NCBI GenBank assembly: GCA_963768885.1
Contig: CAVYJN010000006.1
Coordinates: forward strand, 373,258 to 437,257
DNA from: an uncultured Solirubrobacterales bacterium
Lineage (GTDB): Bacteria > Actinomycetota > Thermoleophilia > Solirubrobacterales > JBBDJG01
Direction: 5' to 3'
Length of the DNA stretch: 64,000 nt
A program made the translations under genes and the position numbers. Below are positions 27,479 through 36,283 of the stretch, piece by piece. Every line of letters starts with the position of its first letter. The first letter of the stretch is position 1. The notes beneath the pieces are model-generated. The model saw only the letters and a program-made list of their open reading frames with translations, searched no databases and was not told the DNA's origin.

Positions 27479-27484
27479 ATCGTA
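27479..27484 (-). promoter_or_regulatory. candidate -10 (TACGAT) for a leaderless transcript of the 26203..27471 gene
   Basis: On the minus strand, TACGAT is followed by 7 nt and then ATG 27471. There is no SD. Confidence 0.25.
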
Positions 27485-27526
27485 TGACGCTCTGCCGTCG
27501 GCGCGGCCGACCCGGCGGGGTGTCGC

Positions 27527-27778
27527 CTAGGCCGGTGCGCGCTTGCGGGCGCGAGGCTTGCCGGTCCGCGCGGGCTTTTCCTTCTTCTTGATGGAGGCGT
27601 CGGGGCCCGGGAAGTAGATCGACTCGTGCTCGTCGTCCGCCCACTTCACGCGGTAGTGCTCGTTGCCGGGGCTGCCGAGCACCTCGACCACCAGCGCGTG
27701 GCGCGCCGGCTGTCCCTGCACGTGGCCGTGGACCTCGATCCAGTCCCCGGCCCGGGCGACTGTCTTCTTAGGTGACAT
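27527..27778 (-). CDS. DUF1918 domain protein (Rv0569/Rv2302-like)
   Basis: MSPKKTVARAGDWIEVHGHVQGQPARHALVVEVLGSPGNEHYRVKWADDEHESIYFPGPDA matches my recollection of the DUF1918 pattern (GDW..V.G......G.I.EV....G.PPY.VRW...H....PGPDA). SD AGGAGGGAG lies upstream of ATG 27778. Confidence 0.75.
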   Translation of the reverse strand: MSPKKTVARAGDWIEVHGHVQGQPARHALVVEVLGSPGNEHYRVKWADDEHESIYFPGPDASIKKKEKPARTGKPRARKRAPA

Positions 27779-27827
27779 CTCTCCCTCCTGTCTCAACAAG
27801 TGTGCGGGTTCACGGAAGCAGATGTGG

Positions 27828-28148
27828 TCATGCGCTCGCCGGGGCGGCCTCCGCCGCGAACGACATCTGGCTTGCGAGCACCTGTCCTTCCTTGACCTCG
27901 ACGTCGGAGAGCTGGAATCCGCCAAGCCTCTGCTCGACGAACCGTGCCGCGCGGCGGGTGCAATCGTCGATGCCCTCGCGCGTGTCGAAGACGGCCACCG
28001 ACGCGATCCGCGAATCGCCGGCGTCGATCAGGTAGTAGGCACGGAAGCCCTTGATCGACGCAACCTCGGTGACGAAGCCCTCGGCCTCGCGCGCGAGGTC
28101 GACCTGGCTGCCCGAGCCGATCGTGTAGCTGTGCAAGGTCACGTACAA
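27828..28148 (-). CDS. ABM-like (dimeric alpha/beta-barrel) protein
   Basis: TTG 28148 has GGAGG 7 nt upstream. LYVTLHSYTIGSGSQ...IKGFRAYYLIDAGDSRIASVAVFDTREG resembles the antibiotic-biosynthesis-monooxygenase fold. Confidence 0.5.
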   Translation of the reverse strand: MYVTLHSYTIGSGSQVDLAREAEGFVTEVASIKGFRAYYLIDAGDSRIASVAVFDTREGIDDCTRRAARFVEQRLGGFQLSDVEVKEGQVLASQMSFAAEAAPASA

Positions 28149-28241
28149 GCGGGAACCTCCATAGAAGTCTGGAGGGCTGATCGTCACGCAGGCACGTCGT
28201 GCATTCATCGGTGCCACCTGCGGATCGCCCTTCCGCCCTTA

Positions 28242-29354
28242 CTACGTAGAGGGTCCGAGCGCCCCCTGCGCCGCTCGGGCCCGTTCGTCGTCCAGGCTCC
28301 ACTCCCTGGCCGTCCGCAGCAGGCCCAGGAACGCGAGCGTGCCGGGGATCGTCGGCAGCCAGAACGCGAAAGCCCGGTAGGACAGCACGCCCACGATCGC
28401 GAGCCCGCCGTCCACGCCGAACGCGATCAGGGCGCCGATCATCCCCGCGTCGACGCTGCCCACGCCGCCCGGCACCGGGAACGCGTTGGCGGCCGTTCCC
28501 ACGAAGTAGGACATCACCACGACGCCCACCGGCGGCGGCGTGCCGAAGGCATGCAGGCAGGCCCACAGCACCGCCACGTCGAACGCCCACCAGCCCACGG
28601 CTCCGAGCAGCGCGGGGCTCCGGGCCCTCGCGAGCAGGAGCGCGCCCCGCAGCCCGGATGCGAGGGTGGCCGACAGCAGCGCGAGACGCGTGGTCCAGCG
28701 CGACGCGCTGTCGGCGCGCGGAGGAAGGGAAGCCGCGGGCCGGCCGGCCGCCGGGGCGAGCGCGAGCGCGAGGGCGAGCGCGATCACCAGGCCGCCGAAC
28801 AGCGCGGGCGCGATCGTGATCCCGGGAGAGCCGTCGCCCGGGAGGAGGCCCGTGGCGAGCGCGAGGCCGAACACCAGCAGGGCGGCCATGTAGACGCCGT
28901 ACAACAGCACCATGAACGTGGTCATGCGCGCGGCCACCTCCGCGCGCTCCATGCCGGAACGCCGGAGCGCCCAGACCGTCAGCACGATCCCGCCTGCCCC
29001 GGCCGCGGCGAACAGCCGTGTGGCGGCTACGCCGGCCATCGTGATCCGGTAGCTCTCGGGCCACCCGATGCGGGACCCGGGCCGCACGAACACGAAGCGG
29101 AACAGGACCACGTAGCTCGCATACGAGAGCAGCTCGAGCACGATCGCGGCGCCGAGCCACCACGGGTCCCCGTCGCCGATCCGGTCCCAGGTGCGCTCGA
29201 GCCCCGCGAGCCTCGGCACCACGTAGTAGAGGGCGCCGAGCGAGACCGCGAGGAACACGCCGAGCGCGGCGAGCCGCCGGCGCGTGAACGCCGTCCAGGG
29301 AGGCGCCGCGCGGCCGGGGTCCGGAGTGCCGGCGGCTTCGACCGGCCGGGTCAA
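28242..29354 (-). CDS. flippase-like / lysylphosphatidylglycerol-synthase TM-region family membrane protein
   Basis: A multi-TM protein with the family-typical ANAFPVPGGVGSVDAGMIGALIAFG. The proposed TTG 29354 overlaps the upstream USP stop (TTGA). The start is uncertain, since the ORF extends to 29543. Confidence 0.6.
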   Translation of the reverse strand: MTRPVEAAGTPDPGRAAPPWTAFTRRRLAALGVFLAVSLGALYYVVPRLAGLERTWDRIGDGDPWWLGAAIVLELLSYASYVVLFRFVFVRPGSRIGWPESYRITMAGVAATRLFAAAGAGGIVLTVWALRRSGMERAEVAARMTTFMVLLYGVYMAALLVFGLALATGLLPGDGSPGITIAPALFGGLVIALALALALAPAAGRPAASLPPRADSASRWTTRLALLSATLASGLRGALLLARARSPALLGAVGWWAFDVAVLWACLHAFGTPPPVGVVVMSYFVGTAANAFPVPGGVGSVDAGMIGALIAFGVDGGLAIVGVLSYRAFAFWLPTIPGTLAFLGLLRTAREWSLDDERARAAQGALGPST

Positions 29355-29839
29355 GCCCCGGGCGCCGGGGCGTCGCCGTCCCCCGCGCGCGGGGGAATGA
29401 CCAGCAAGGGGCGCCGGCAGTGGTGCGCGACGCCGCTCGACACGCTTCCCAGGAGGACCGACCCGACCCGTGAAAGGCCCCGCGGGGCGAGCACGATGGC
29501 ACGCACGTCGCGCTCCTCGGCGAGCTCCACGATGCGTGGCCACACGCCGTCATCGGTCTTGATGCATACGGCCTCGGCGTCGAAGCCGGCGGCGCGCGCG
29601 ATCCGTGCCCCTTCCTCGGCGAGCAGCCGGGCGGCCTCGGCGCCGGCCGCGTCGAGCTCGGTCGCCTGCTCGACGAGCGGGCCGGGCGAGTGCATCAGGG
29701 GGTTCCGGAGCATCAGCGTGGAGAGCGGCTCCCACACATGGACGACGAGCGCCGGGCCGCCACCGAGCAGGGCGGCGCCTTCGGCGATCGCGCGGCGCGC
29801 GTCGTCCGATCCGTCGAAGCACAGAAGCGCCGGTCTCAC
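29351..29839 (-). CDS. universal stress protein
   Basis: VRPALLCFDGSDDARRAIAEGAALL...RAIVLAPRGLSRVGSVLLGSVSSGVAHHCRRPLLVIP. GTG 29839 overlaps the ATPase stop (GTGA) and has GGAGG upstream. It is the only credible part of track ORF 29351..32260. Confidence 0.8.
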   Translation of the reverse strand: MRPALLCFDGSDDARRAIAEGAALLGGGPALVVHVWEPLSTLMLRNPLMHSPGPLVEQATELDAAGAEAARLLAEEGARIARAAGFDAEAVCIKTDDGVWPRIVELAEERDVRAIVLAPRGLSRVGSVLLGSVSSGVAHHCRRPLLVIPPRAGDGDAPAPGA

Positions 29840-32301
29840 GTTCGTCCTCCCTGGTCGGGTTCGGCGCGGGCCGGGCGCGCCCGCGGGGGAAAGCCGCTGG
29901 CCAGCAGGCCGGAGACCGCGATCGCGCTGCCCAGTATGGCGGTGATCAGGATCGGCGCGCTGGGCGCCGCCAGCTCGAAGAAATCGCGGACGGCCGGGAG
30001 CGCGAGCGCGAGCGCGAAGAGCATCAGGAGCACCACGCAGAGCAGGGACACGAGCGTGCCCCTGCGTTTCGCGGTGCCCTCGAGCGCGAGCACGAGGAAC
30101 AGTCCCACCAGCACGAGCGCGGTCGCGGCCACGGTGCGCGACTCGACGAGGGACAGCTCGAGCGCGTTCAGCGCGAACTGGTAGCTGGCGACGACCGCGA
30201 CACCGGCACCCACACCCGCCGGCACGGCGAAGCGGCCGACCTCCCGGAGGAACCCCGCCGGCGACCATGCTCCGCTGCTCGGGGCGAGTGCGAGGAAGAA
30301 CGTCGGGATGCCGATCGTGAGCGCCGCGGCGAGGCTGAAGTGACGGGGCAGCAGCGGATAGGCCGTCGCGGTGGTGCCGACCGTGAGGATCAGGAACGCC
30401 GCAAAGGCCGACTTGCTGACGTAGAGCTTGGCGACGCGCTGGAGGTTGCGCAGGATCTGCCGGCCCTCGTCGACCATCGCGGGGACGGCCTCGAAGCCTC
30501 CCTTCACGAGCACGACGTCGGACACGCTCTTGGCCATCTGCACGCCGCTGCCCTGGGCGATCGCGAGGCGGGCCGCCTTCAGCGCGGGTACGTCGTTGAC
30601 GCCGTCCCCCACCATCACGACGTAGCGGCCCGCCTCGCGCAGCGCCCGCACGCAGGCGCTCTTCTGCTCGGGCGAGAGCCGCCCGATCACGGTCGCCTCG
30701 AGCGCCAGCTCGCGCAGCTCGGGCGAGTCCTCCGGGAAGCGCGACCCGTCCACGGGCGGGCCGCCGAGCCGCATGCCGGCATCGGCCGCGATCGCCGCGA
30801 CCGTCTGCGGATGGTCGCCGGAGAAGACCTTGAGCTCGACGCCCTGGTCGAGGAAGTAGCGCACGGTCTCGCGGGTCTCGGCGCGCAGCGGCTCGGCGAG
30901 CACGGCGACACCGAGGAGGTCGGCGCGGGGGGGAGGGCCGGCTTCCCGGTGCTCGTCCGGTTCGAGCCGCCCTGCCGGCCTGGCGAGTGCGATCACCCGG
31001 CGCCCCGCCTGTTGCTCGGCGCTCACCCGCTCGCCGAGGGCGTCGAGCGCGAACAGCTCGGGAGCGCCGAGCACGTATGCGTCGGAGCCGAGCTGCAAGG
31101 CGCTCCAGCGCCGTCGCGAGGAGAACGGGACCTCGGCGTCCGTCGCCTCCGGCTCCGCCGGATGCGCACGGGCGAGGGCGGACACGGTCTCGTCGCGCGT
31201 GCCCGTCGACGCCGCGTAGCGTCCCAGCGCGGCTCCCAGCGCGTCCGCCTCGGTCCCGGCCGCGGGGAGGAGGTCGACCACGCGCAACCCGCTCTCGGTG
31301 AGCGTCCCCGTCTTGTCGAAGCACACCACGTCGGCGGAGGCGATCGACTCGACGGCGTTCAGCCGCTGCGCGAGCGCTCCCCGGCGTGCCATCCGCAGCG
31401 CGCCGACGGCGAACGTGAGGCTCATCAGGAGGATCAGGCCCTCCGGGATGAGGCTCACGACCGCCGCCGTCGCGGTGGTGACGGCCTCGCTGGTCGCCGT
31501 CTCGCGGACCCAGAGGGAGTACCCGAGGATCGCCGCCAGCGGCAGCATCACCGCGACCGTCAGCAGGAGCAGCCGGTTGAACGCCCGCTCGAGCGGGGAG
31601 CGCAGGCGCTCGTAGACCCGCGCGCCCGTCGCGAGGCGCTCGGCGTAGCTCTCGGGGCCGACCGCCTCGACCTCGTACAGGCCGGTGCCCTCGACAGCGA
31701 AGGAGCCGGACTGGATCGCGTCGCCCACGGACCGTGCGACCGGCTGCGACTCCCCGGTGAGGATCGACTCGTCGAGCGACAGGCCCACGCTCTCCACGAG
31801 TTGCCCGTCGGCGACGACCTGATCGCCGGCCTGGAGCCGCACGACGTCGCCGGCGACCACGTCCGCCACGCCGAGGTCGCGCTCCCGGTCCTCGCGCAGG
31901 ACGCGTGCCGTCGGCGAGACCAGCGCGGCCAGTCGATCGAGCGAGCGCTTCGCCCGCGCCTCCTGCGTGATCCCGATCATCGTGTTGACGACGATCACGG
32001 CGAGGAACAGCGCATCGCGCCAGTCTCCGAATGCGAGCGTCAGCGCCCCGAAGGCGGCGAGGATCGCGTTGAAGACCGTGAAGACGTTGCCCGCCACGAT
32101 GCTCGCGTAGGAGCGGCTCGCGCTGGGAGGCTTGAACGGAGGCCTCTCCGCCAGGCGCCGGCGCGCCTCCGACTCGGAGAGCCCGCGCGACGAATGCCTC
32201 TGGACCGTGTCGGCCGAGATCTCCTGTGACGTGGTTCTCAGCGGGACCTCCCGCGGCCACCGTACCGGTTCGTCCGCAGTCTTCCTCCCACGCTCGAGCA
32301 A
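29836..32301 (-). CDS. cation-transporting P-type ATPase (P2/CtpF-like), intact, 821 aa
   Basis: TGES, the phosphorylation motif CFDKTGTLTE, the hinge MVGDGVNDVPALKAARLAIA, and 10 predicted TM segments. Confidence 0.9.
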   Translation of the reverse strand: MLERGRKTADEPVRWPREVPLRTTSQEISADTVQRHSSRGLSESEARRRLAERPPFKPPSASRSYASIVAGNVFTVFNAILAAFGALTLAFGDWRDALFLAVIVVNTMIGITQEARAKRSLDRLAALVSPTARVLREDRERDLGVADVVAGDVVRLQAGDQVVADGQLVESVGLSLDESILTGESQPVARSVGDAIQSGSFAVEGTGLYEVEAVGPESYAERLATGARVYERLRSPLERAFNRLLLLTVAVMLPLAAILGYSLWVRETATSEAVTTATAAVVSLIPEGLILLMSLTFAVGALRMARRGALAQRLNAVESIASADVVCFDKTGTLTESGLRVVDLLPAAGTEADALGAALGRYAASTGTRDETVSALARAHPAEPEATDAEVPFSSRRRWSALQLGSDAYVLGAPELFALDALGERVSAEQQAGRRVIALARPAGRLEPDEHREAGPPPRADLLGVAVLAEPLRAETRETVRYFLDQGVELKVFSGDHPQTVAAIAADAGMRLGGPPVDGSRFPEDSPELRELALEATVIGRLSPEQKSACVRALREAGRYVVMVGDGVNDVPALKAARLAIAQGSGVQMAKSVSDVVLVKGGFEAVPAMVDEGRQILRNLQRVAKLYVSKSAFAAFLILTVGTTATAYPLLPRHFSLAAALTIGIPTFFLALAPSSGAWSPAGFLREVGRFAVPAGVGAGVAVVASYQFALNALELSLVESRTVAATALVLVGLFLVLALEGTAKRRGTLVSLLCVVLLMLFALALALPAVRDFFELAAPSAPILITAILGSAIAVSGLLASGFPPRARPARAEPDQGGRT

Positions 32302-32347
32302 GCGCGACCCCGTCGAGGTTGTCCTGGCGGAGCTCCGAGCAGCTACT

Positions 32348-32545
32348 TCACTGGTTCCACTTGTCAGCGGTGGATTTGCCGTGCCGCTGGCTCTTTGCGC
32401 GCACGCTGCTCACGTCCGGAGGAGTGCTGGAATCAAGCAACTCGGACTGCTCGTCCACCATCTGCCCCGCGCTTCGCCGTGCCAAGAACTTCCTGCGGAA
32501 CCGGACCAGCCGCTGCTGGAGCTTGTTTGTTCGAGCGTCGCTCAT
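32348..32545 (-). CDS. small hydrophilic hypothetical protein (65 aa)
   Basis: An ORF in a visibly lower-GC 390-nt gap, with only a weak SD. I recognise no family. Confidence 0.3.
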   Translation of the reverse strand: MSDARTNKLQQRLVRFRRKFLARRSAGQMVDEQSELLDSSTPPDVSSVRAKSQRHGKSTADKWNQ

Positions 32546-32686
32546 GTCGTTTCGCCGCCTCGTTCGAGGATGGTCGCTGGTAGCACCGCATTCTGGCTTC
32601 GAGCCGGCTACCGACCATCGGGGGGATGACGCACATCGGCGGGGGCGACTACGGATTCACGGCAGCAGGATGAGACTCGCCGGGGC

Positions 32687-33460
32687 TCAGCTCGCAGGCT
32701 CGATCAGGCCGTAGTGGCCGTCGTAACGCAGGTAGATCACGTTCCCGCGTCCCGTCTCGGCGTTCACGAAGTACAGGAAGCGGTGGTGCAGCTCGTTCAT
32801 CTCCGCCACGGCGGCGGCGAGCGCGATCGGCTCCGACAGGCGGCTCTCCTCGCTCGTGCCGGCCTCGCCCAGGGCTCGAGGCCGAGCCGTGCCGGCCGGC
32901 TCGATCACGCCGAGCCGGCCGTCATCGCGGACGTATATGACGGCATCGGCCCCGGTCTCGGAGTCGTGGAACAGGAGAAAGTCGTGATCGAGGTCCTCCA
33001 TCAGCTCGGCGGCCTCGGCGGCCGGCATCGCGTCGAGCGAGAAGCTCTTGCGACGCACGACCGCGCGGTCCTCGACCGGACGCGGGAAATATCCAGGTCT
33101 CGGGGGAGACCACTGGCCGTGTCGCCAACTCCCGGCCGACGGGCGCCGGGAGCGGCGATGAACCGCGACCTGACGGTCGGCGAAGGCGCGTAGCTGTCGT
33201 GCGAGGTGCTCGGCGAGCCGGTCGACCGCGTGACGCATGTCCTCCTCTGCGACCCGGCCCCGAACGATGTGCCCGTTGACGTCGATCTCCGCCTCCGCTC
33301 TGGCGGAGCGCTCGATCCTGGGGTTCTCCTCCTGCATCAGCACCACATGCGCATCGAGGATCGGCGCATTGACGAGCCGCTCGAGGGGGGCGATCTGGGT
33401 CCGTACGTGTTCCGCCAGCTCAGCGGGCACATGCCCACGCGTTGTCACCCTCACGTTCAC
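32687..33460 (-). CDS. long ribosome hibernation factor-like protein (HPF/RaiA N-domain plus duplicated C-terminal domain; Rv0079-like)
   Basis: VNVRVTTRGHVPAELAEHVRTQIAPLERL...AEAEIDVNGHIVRGRVAEEDMRHAVDRLAEHLARQLR is HPF-like. Two C-terminal repeats end in FLLFHDSETGADAVIYVRDDGRLGVIEP and FLYFVNAETGRGNVIYLRYDGHYGLIEP. The start is uncertain: GTG 33460 is proposed, but the ORF runs to 33619. Confidence 0.7.
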   Translation of the reverse strand: MNVRVTTRGHVPAELAEHVRTQIAPLERLVNAPILDAHVVLMQEENPRIERSARAEAEIDVNGHIVRGRVAEEDMRHAVDRLAEHLARQLRAFADRQVAVHRRSRRPSAGSWRHGQWSPPRPGYFPRPVEDRAVVRRKSFSLDAMPAAEAAELMEDLDHDFLLFHDSETGADAVIYVRDDGRLGVIEPAGTARPRALGEAGTSEESRLSEPIALAAAVAEMNELHHRFLYFVNAETGRGNVIYLRYDGHYGLIEPAS

Positions 33461-33597
33461 GCCCTGCCAGTCTCGCTGCGCGCCTCGGGCATCGCATCGG
33501 TGAAAGACCTCGACCTCGTACGCGGTTTCCCGCACACTCCAGGTCGTGCGCGGAAGAATGTGATTGTCCCGGCCTGCTACATCTTCGCGAGAGACCG

Positions 33598-34047
33598 TTG
33601 AACGTCCAGTCGACCCCAACGTCCGTACTGATAGTCGCTCATCGCACGGCCGCGACCCCGCGCCTGCTGGAGGCGGTCCGCGACCGGGCGCAGCGGGGGC
33701 CGTGCGCCTTCATGCTGGTGGTTCCGCGTGGATACTGGGATCCGGACACCGAGGAGGCGGCGCTCGTGGTCGAACTCGCGGTCCCACTCCTCGAGGAGGC
33801 GGCCGGCGGGCATGTCGAGGCGGTGATCGGAGACGCCGATCCGCTCGTCGCCGTGAAGCAGGTGCTCGAGCGGACGCGTTTCGAGGAGGTGATCGTCTCG
33901 ACGCTGCCGGAGCGGGTCTCGCATTGGCTGCGACGCGACCTGCCACGACGCGTCGCGCAGCTCGGCATCCCGGTCACGGTCGTGACCGCCAAGCAGTCGA
34001 GCCGCGAGATCACCTCCGGCACGGGCGGCGACGAAGGCCACCGCTGA
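33598..34047 (+). CDS. USP-like / adenine-nucleotide alpha-hydrolase superfamily protein
   Basis: SVLIVAHRTAATPRLLEAVRDRA...FMLVVP...DPLVAVKQVLERTRFEEVIVSTLP. The TTG 33598 start is tentative. Confidence 0.5.
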   Translation: MNVQSTPTSVLIVAHRTAATPRLLEAVRDRAQRGPCAFMLVVPRGYWDPDTEEAALVVELAVPLLEEAAGGHVEAVIGDADPLVAVKQVLERTRFEEVIVSTLPERVSHWLRRDLPRRVAQLGIPVTVVTAKQSSREITSGTGGDEGHR

Positions 34048-34319
34048 GCGGTGCGGCTGCGTCGAGGTCGTCTATGGCGTGCCGCTGCGCTTCGGCCGCG
34101 AGGCCGCCGAGTCATGGGATCGCCACCAGCTGGTGGCTGACACGATCTACGCGGAGATCCGGCGTCTCTACGGGGAGCGTTCGGTTGGCATCGGCAAGCC
34201 GGCTTCAGTGCCGTAGGAGTTTGCGTAGTTAACCCGGCCCGCCTTGCGGGCTTGCCCACGATGCGTGGGGGTTCGCGGCATTGCATGATCGTTGCCCTCA
34301 AGCGAGCAGAAGGAGCGCC

Positions 34320-34790
34320 GTGGCTGAGAACGGGCAAAGACCGACGGAAGCGTTTCGCGAGGAGCACCGCCATCTCGTCGCGCATGTGGATCAGATCCGC
34401 GCTGCGGGCGGCGAGGTCGTCGACCTGGCCCCGGAGGAGCGCGAGGCGCTGGTCGGCCGCATCCTCGAGTTCCTGCGCAAGACACTCGTCCCTCATGCGG
34501 AGTGGGAGGAGCAGGTGCTGTACGCCGCCGTGGGCAAGTTGCTCGGAAATACCGCGGCGACGGCGACGATGTCGCGCGATCACGTCGCGATCCGAAGGAT
34601 GATCGACGCGCTCGCGGAAGCCGACCCCTCGAACGTCACGCGCCTGCAGGAGCTCCTGTACGGCTTGCACGCGCTGATCCTCGTGCACTTCGAGAAGGAG
34701 GAGGAGGTCTATCTCCCGCTGCTCGATACGCAGCCGGACCTGGCGGAGCGGGTCGTCGCGCAGATCGGCAGCTCGACCAAGGCGGGCTGA
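34320..34790 (+). CDS. hemerythrin HHE cation-binding domain protein
   Basis: GTG 34320 follows GAAGGAG. Metal-ligand-type motifs FREEHRHLVAHV, HAEWEEQVLY, MSRDHVAI and VHFEKEEEVYLPLL are present. Confidence 0.8.
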   Translation: MAENGQRPTEAFREEHRHLVAHVDQIRAAGGEVVDLAPEEREALVGRILEFLRKTLVPHAEWEEQVLYAAVGKLLGNTAATATMSRDHVAIRRMIDALAEADPSNVTRLQELLYGLHALILVHFEKEEEVYLPLLDTQPDLAERVVAQIGSSTKAG

Positions 34791-34802
34791 GCGAGCAGCG
34801 GC

Positions 34803-36197
34803 ATGGCGTGGGCATATGCGAATGCCGCCGGTCCCCTCTACCGGGACCGCGCAGACGCCGGACGAGCGCTCGCGTCCCGGCTCCAGGGTCTGGCGGACGA
34901 GCGGCCGGTGGTCGTGGGGCTGCCCCGCGGCGGTGTGCCGGTCGCCTATGAGGTAGCCGCCGCCCTCGGGGCGCCGCTGGACATCGTGGTGGTCCGCAAG
35001 CTCGGGGCTCCGCTTCATGCCGAGCTCGGGATGGGCGCCGTCGGCGAGGGCGGGGTGCGCGTCGTGAACGAGGAGGTCGTCCGCGCTCTCGGCGTCACTC
35101 CCGAGGAGTTCGAGGAGGTGTCGGCGCGCGAGCAGGCGGAGCTCGAGCGACGGACCGCCCTCTACCGCGGCGACCGGTCGCCCGTCCCCGTGGAGGGTCG
35201 CACGGTGATCCTCGTCGACGACGGCATCGCGACGGGCTTCACGGCGATCGCCGGGGCCCGCGCGCTTCGCAGTCGCGGCGCGGCGCGGGTGGTGCTCGCG
35301 GTCCCCGTCGGACCGCCGGGCGCGGCGGGGCGCTTTGCCGGCGAGGTGGACGAGTTCGTCTGCCTCGATGCCCCGGAATGGTTCTTCGCGGTCGGCGCCT
35401 GCTACGAGCACTTCGGACAGACCGGCGACGACGAGGTGCGGACGCTGCTCGAACGGGCACACGGCATCGCGGGCGCCGAGGATCACGCGGCGCGCGGGCA
35501 GCCCCGCGCGGTCGGCGCGCGCCCCGTCGGCGGGGTCGACTGGAACCAGGTGCGCCATCGCGACGTCGACATTCCGGCAGGGCGTGCGCGGCTCACCGGA
35601 GACCTGCGCCTGCCCCCGGTGCCGGCGGGTCTCGTGATCTTCGCCCACGGGAGCGGGTCGAGCAGGCTCAGCCCGCGGAACATGCAGGTCGCGGCCGCGC
35701 TCACCGCGGCCGGCTTTGCGACGTTGCTGTTCGACCTGCTCACGGAAGCCGAGGCGCAGGACCGACGGAACGTCTTCGACATCGCGCTGCTCGCGGAGCG
35801 GCTCGCGGCAGCCACGCGCTGGGCCCGGCAGGACGCGGAGCTCCACCCCCTGCCGCTCGGCTACTTCGGGGCCTCCACGGGCGCGGCGGCGGCCCTCTGC
35901 GCCGCCGCCGACATGAACGGCGACATCCGCGCGGTGGTCTCCCGCGGCGGGCGCCCGGACCTGGCCGCGCCGCGCCTGCACGAGGTCACCGCTGCGACGC
36001 TGCTGATCGTGGGAGGCGCCGACGAGGTCGTGCTCGAGCTCAACGAGCAGGCGCTGGCCGCGCTGCGCTGCACGAAGGAGCTCGCGCTGGTCCCGGGCGC
36101 GACGCATCTCTTCGAGGAACCGGGGGCGCTCGAGCAGGTGGCGGCGCTGGCAGCGGGCTGGTTCGCCCGGCACCTCCTCTCCGCTTCCAATTTATAG
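34803..36197 (+). CDS. phosphoribosyltransferase domain fused to a dienelactone-hydrolase-type alpha/beta hydrolase (Rv0571c-like)
   Basis: The N-terminal PRTase has VVGLPRGGVPVAYEVA and the PRPP loop VILVDDGIATGFT. The C-terminus is VIFAHGSGSSRLSPRN...GYFGASTGAAAAL...GATHLFEEPGALE. Confidence 0.85.
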   Translation: MAWAYANAAGPLYRDRADAGRALASRLQGLADERPVVVGLPRGGVPVAYEVAAALGAPLDIVVVRKLGAPLHAELGMGAVGEGGVRVVNEEVVRALGVTPEEFEEVSAREQAELERRTALYRGDRSPVPVEGRTVILVDDGIATGFTAIAGARALRSRGAARVVLAVPVGPPGAAGRFAGEVDEFVCLDAPEWFFAVGACYEHFGQTGDDEVRTLLERAHGIAGAEDHAARGQPRAVGARPVGGVDWNQVRHRDVDIPAGRARLTGDLRLPPVPAGLVIFAHGSGSSRLSPRNMQVAAALTAAGFATLLFDLLTEAEAQDRRNVFDIALLAERLAAATRWARQDAELHPLPLGYFGASTGAAAALCAAADMNGDIRAVVSRGGRPDLAAPRLHEVTAATLLIVGGADEVVLELNEQALAALRCTKELALVPGATHLFEEPGALEQVAALAAGWFARHLLSASNL

Positions 36198-36201
36198 CGC
36201 A

Positions 36202-36226
36202 GGGGGGGCTTGCGGCAAGCCCCGGG
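36202..36226 (+). terminator. GC-rich hairpin downstream of 34803..36197
   Basis: GGGGCTT (36205-36211) pairs with AAGCCCC (36217-36223) around a 5-nt loop, 5 nt after the stop. There is no U-tract. Confidence 0.4.
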
Positions 36227-36283
36227 TCGTGCCGCATAATCGCCGGCCGAAGCGCCAGAACCTACGGAAATGGGAGTAGCGAA

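Noticed and set aside
27663-29945. A 760-aa plus ORF and a 586-aa minus ORF (27793..29553) across the ABM, flippase-like and USP genes
   Set aside because: Their composition is R/G/P/A-rich and they span several well-supported genes on the other frame or strand.
29840-32260. The upstream ~800 codons of track ORF 29351..32260, and the plus ORF 29605..32229
   Set aside because: These are shadows of the intact P-type ATPase frame (29836..32301). Only the last 162 codons (the USP) are credible.
34064-34218. A coding-looking frame with no start codon between the USP-like gene and the hemerythrin gene
   Set aside because: I cannot assign a start or a family. It is mentioned only as a possible gene remnant.
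33639-36173. An 844-aa minus ORF
   Set aside because: It is antisense to the USP-like, hemerythrin and PRTase/DLH genes, with no motifs and a biased composition.
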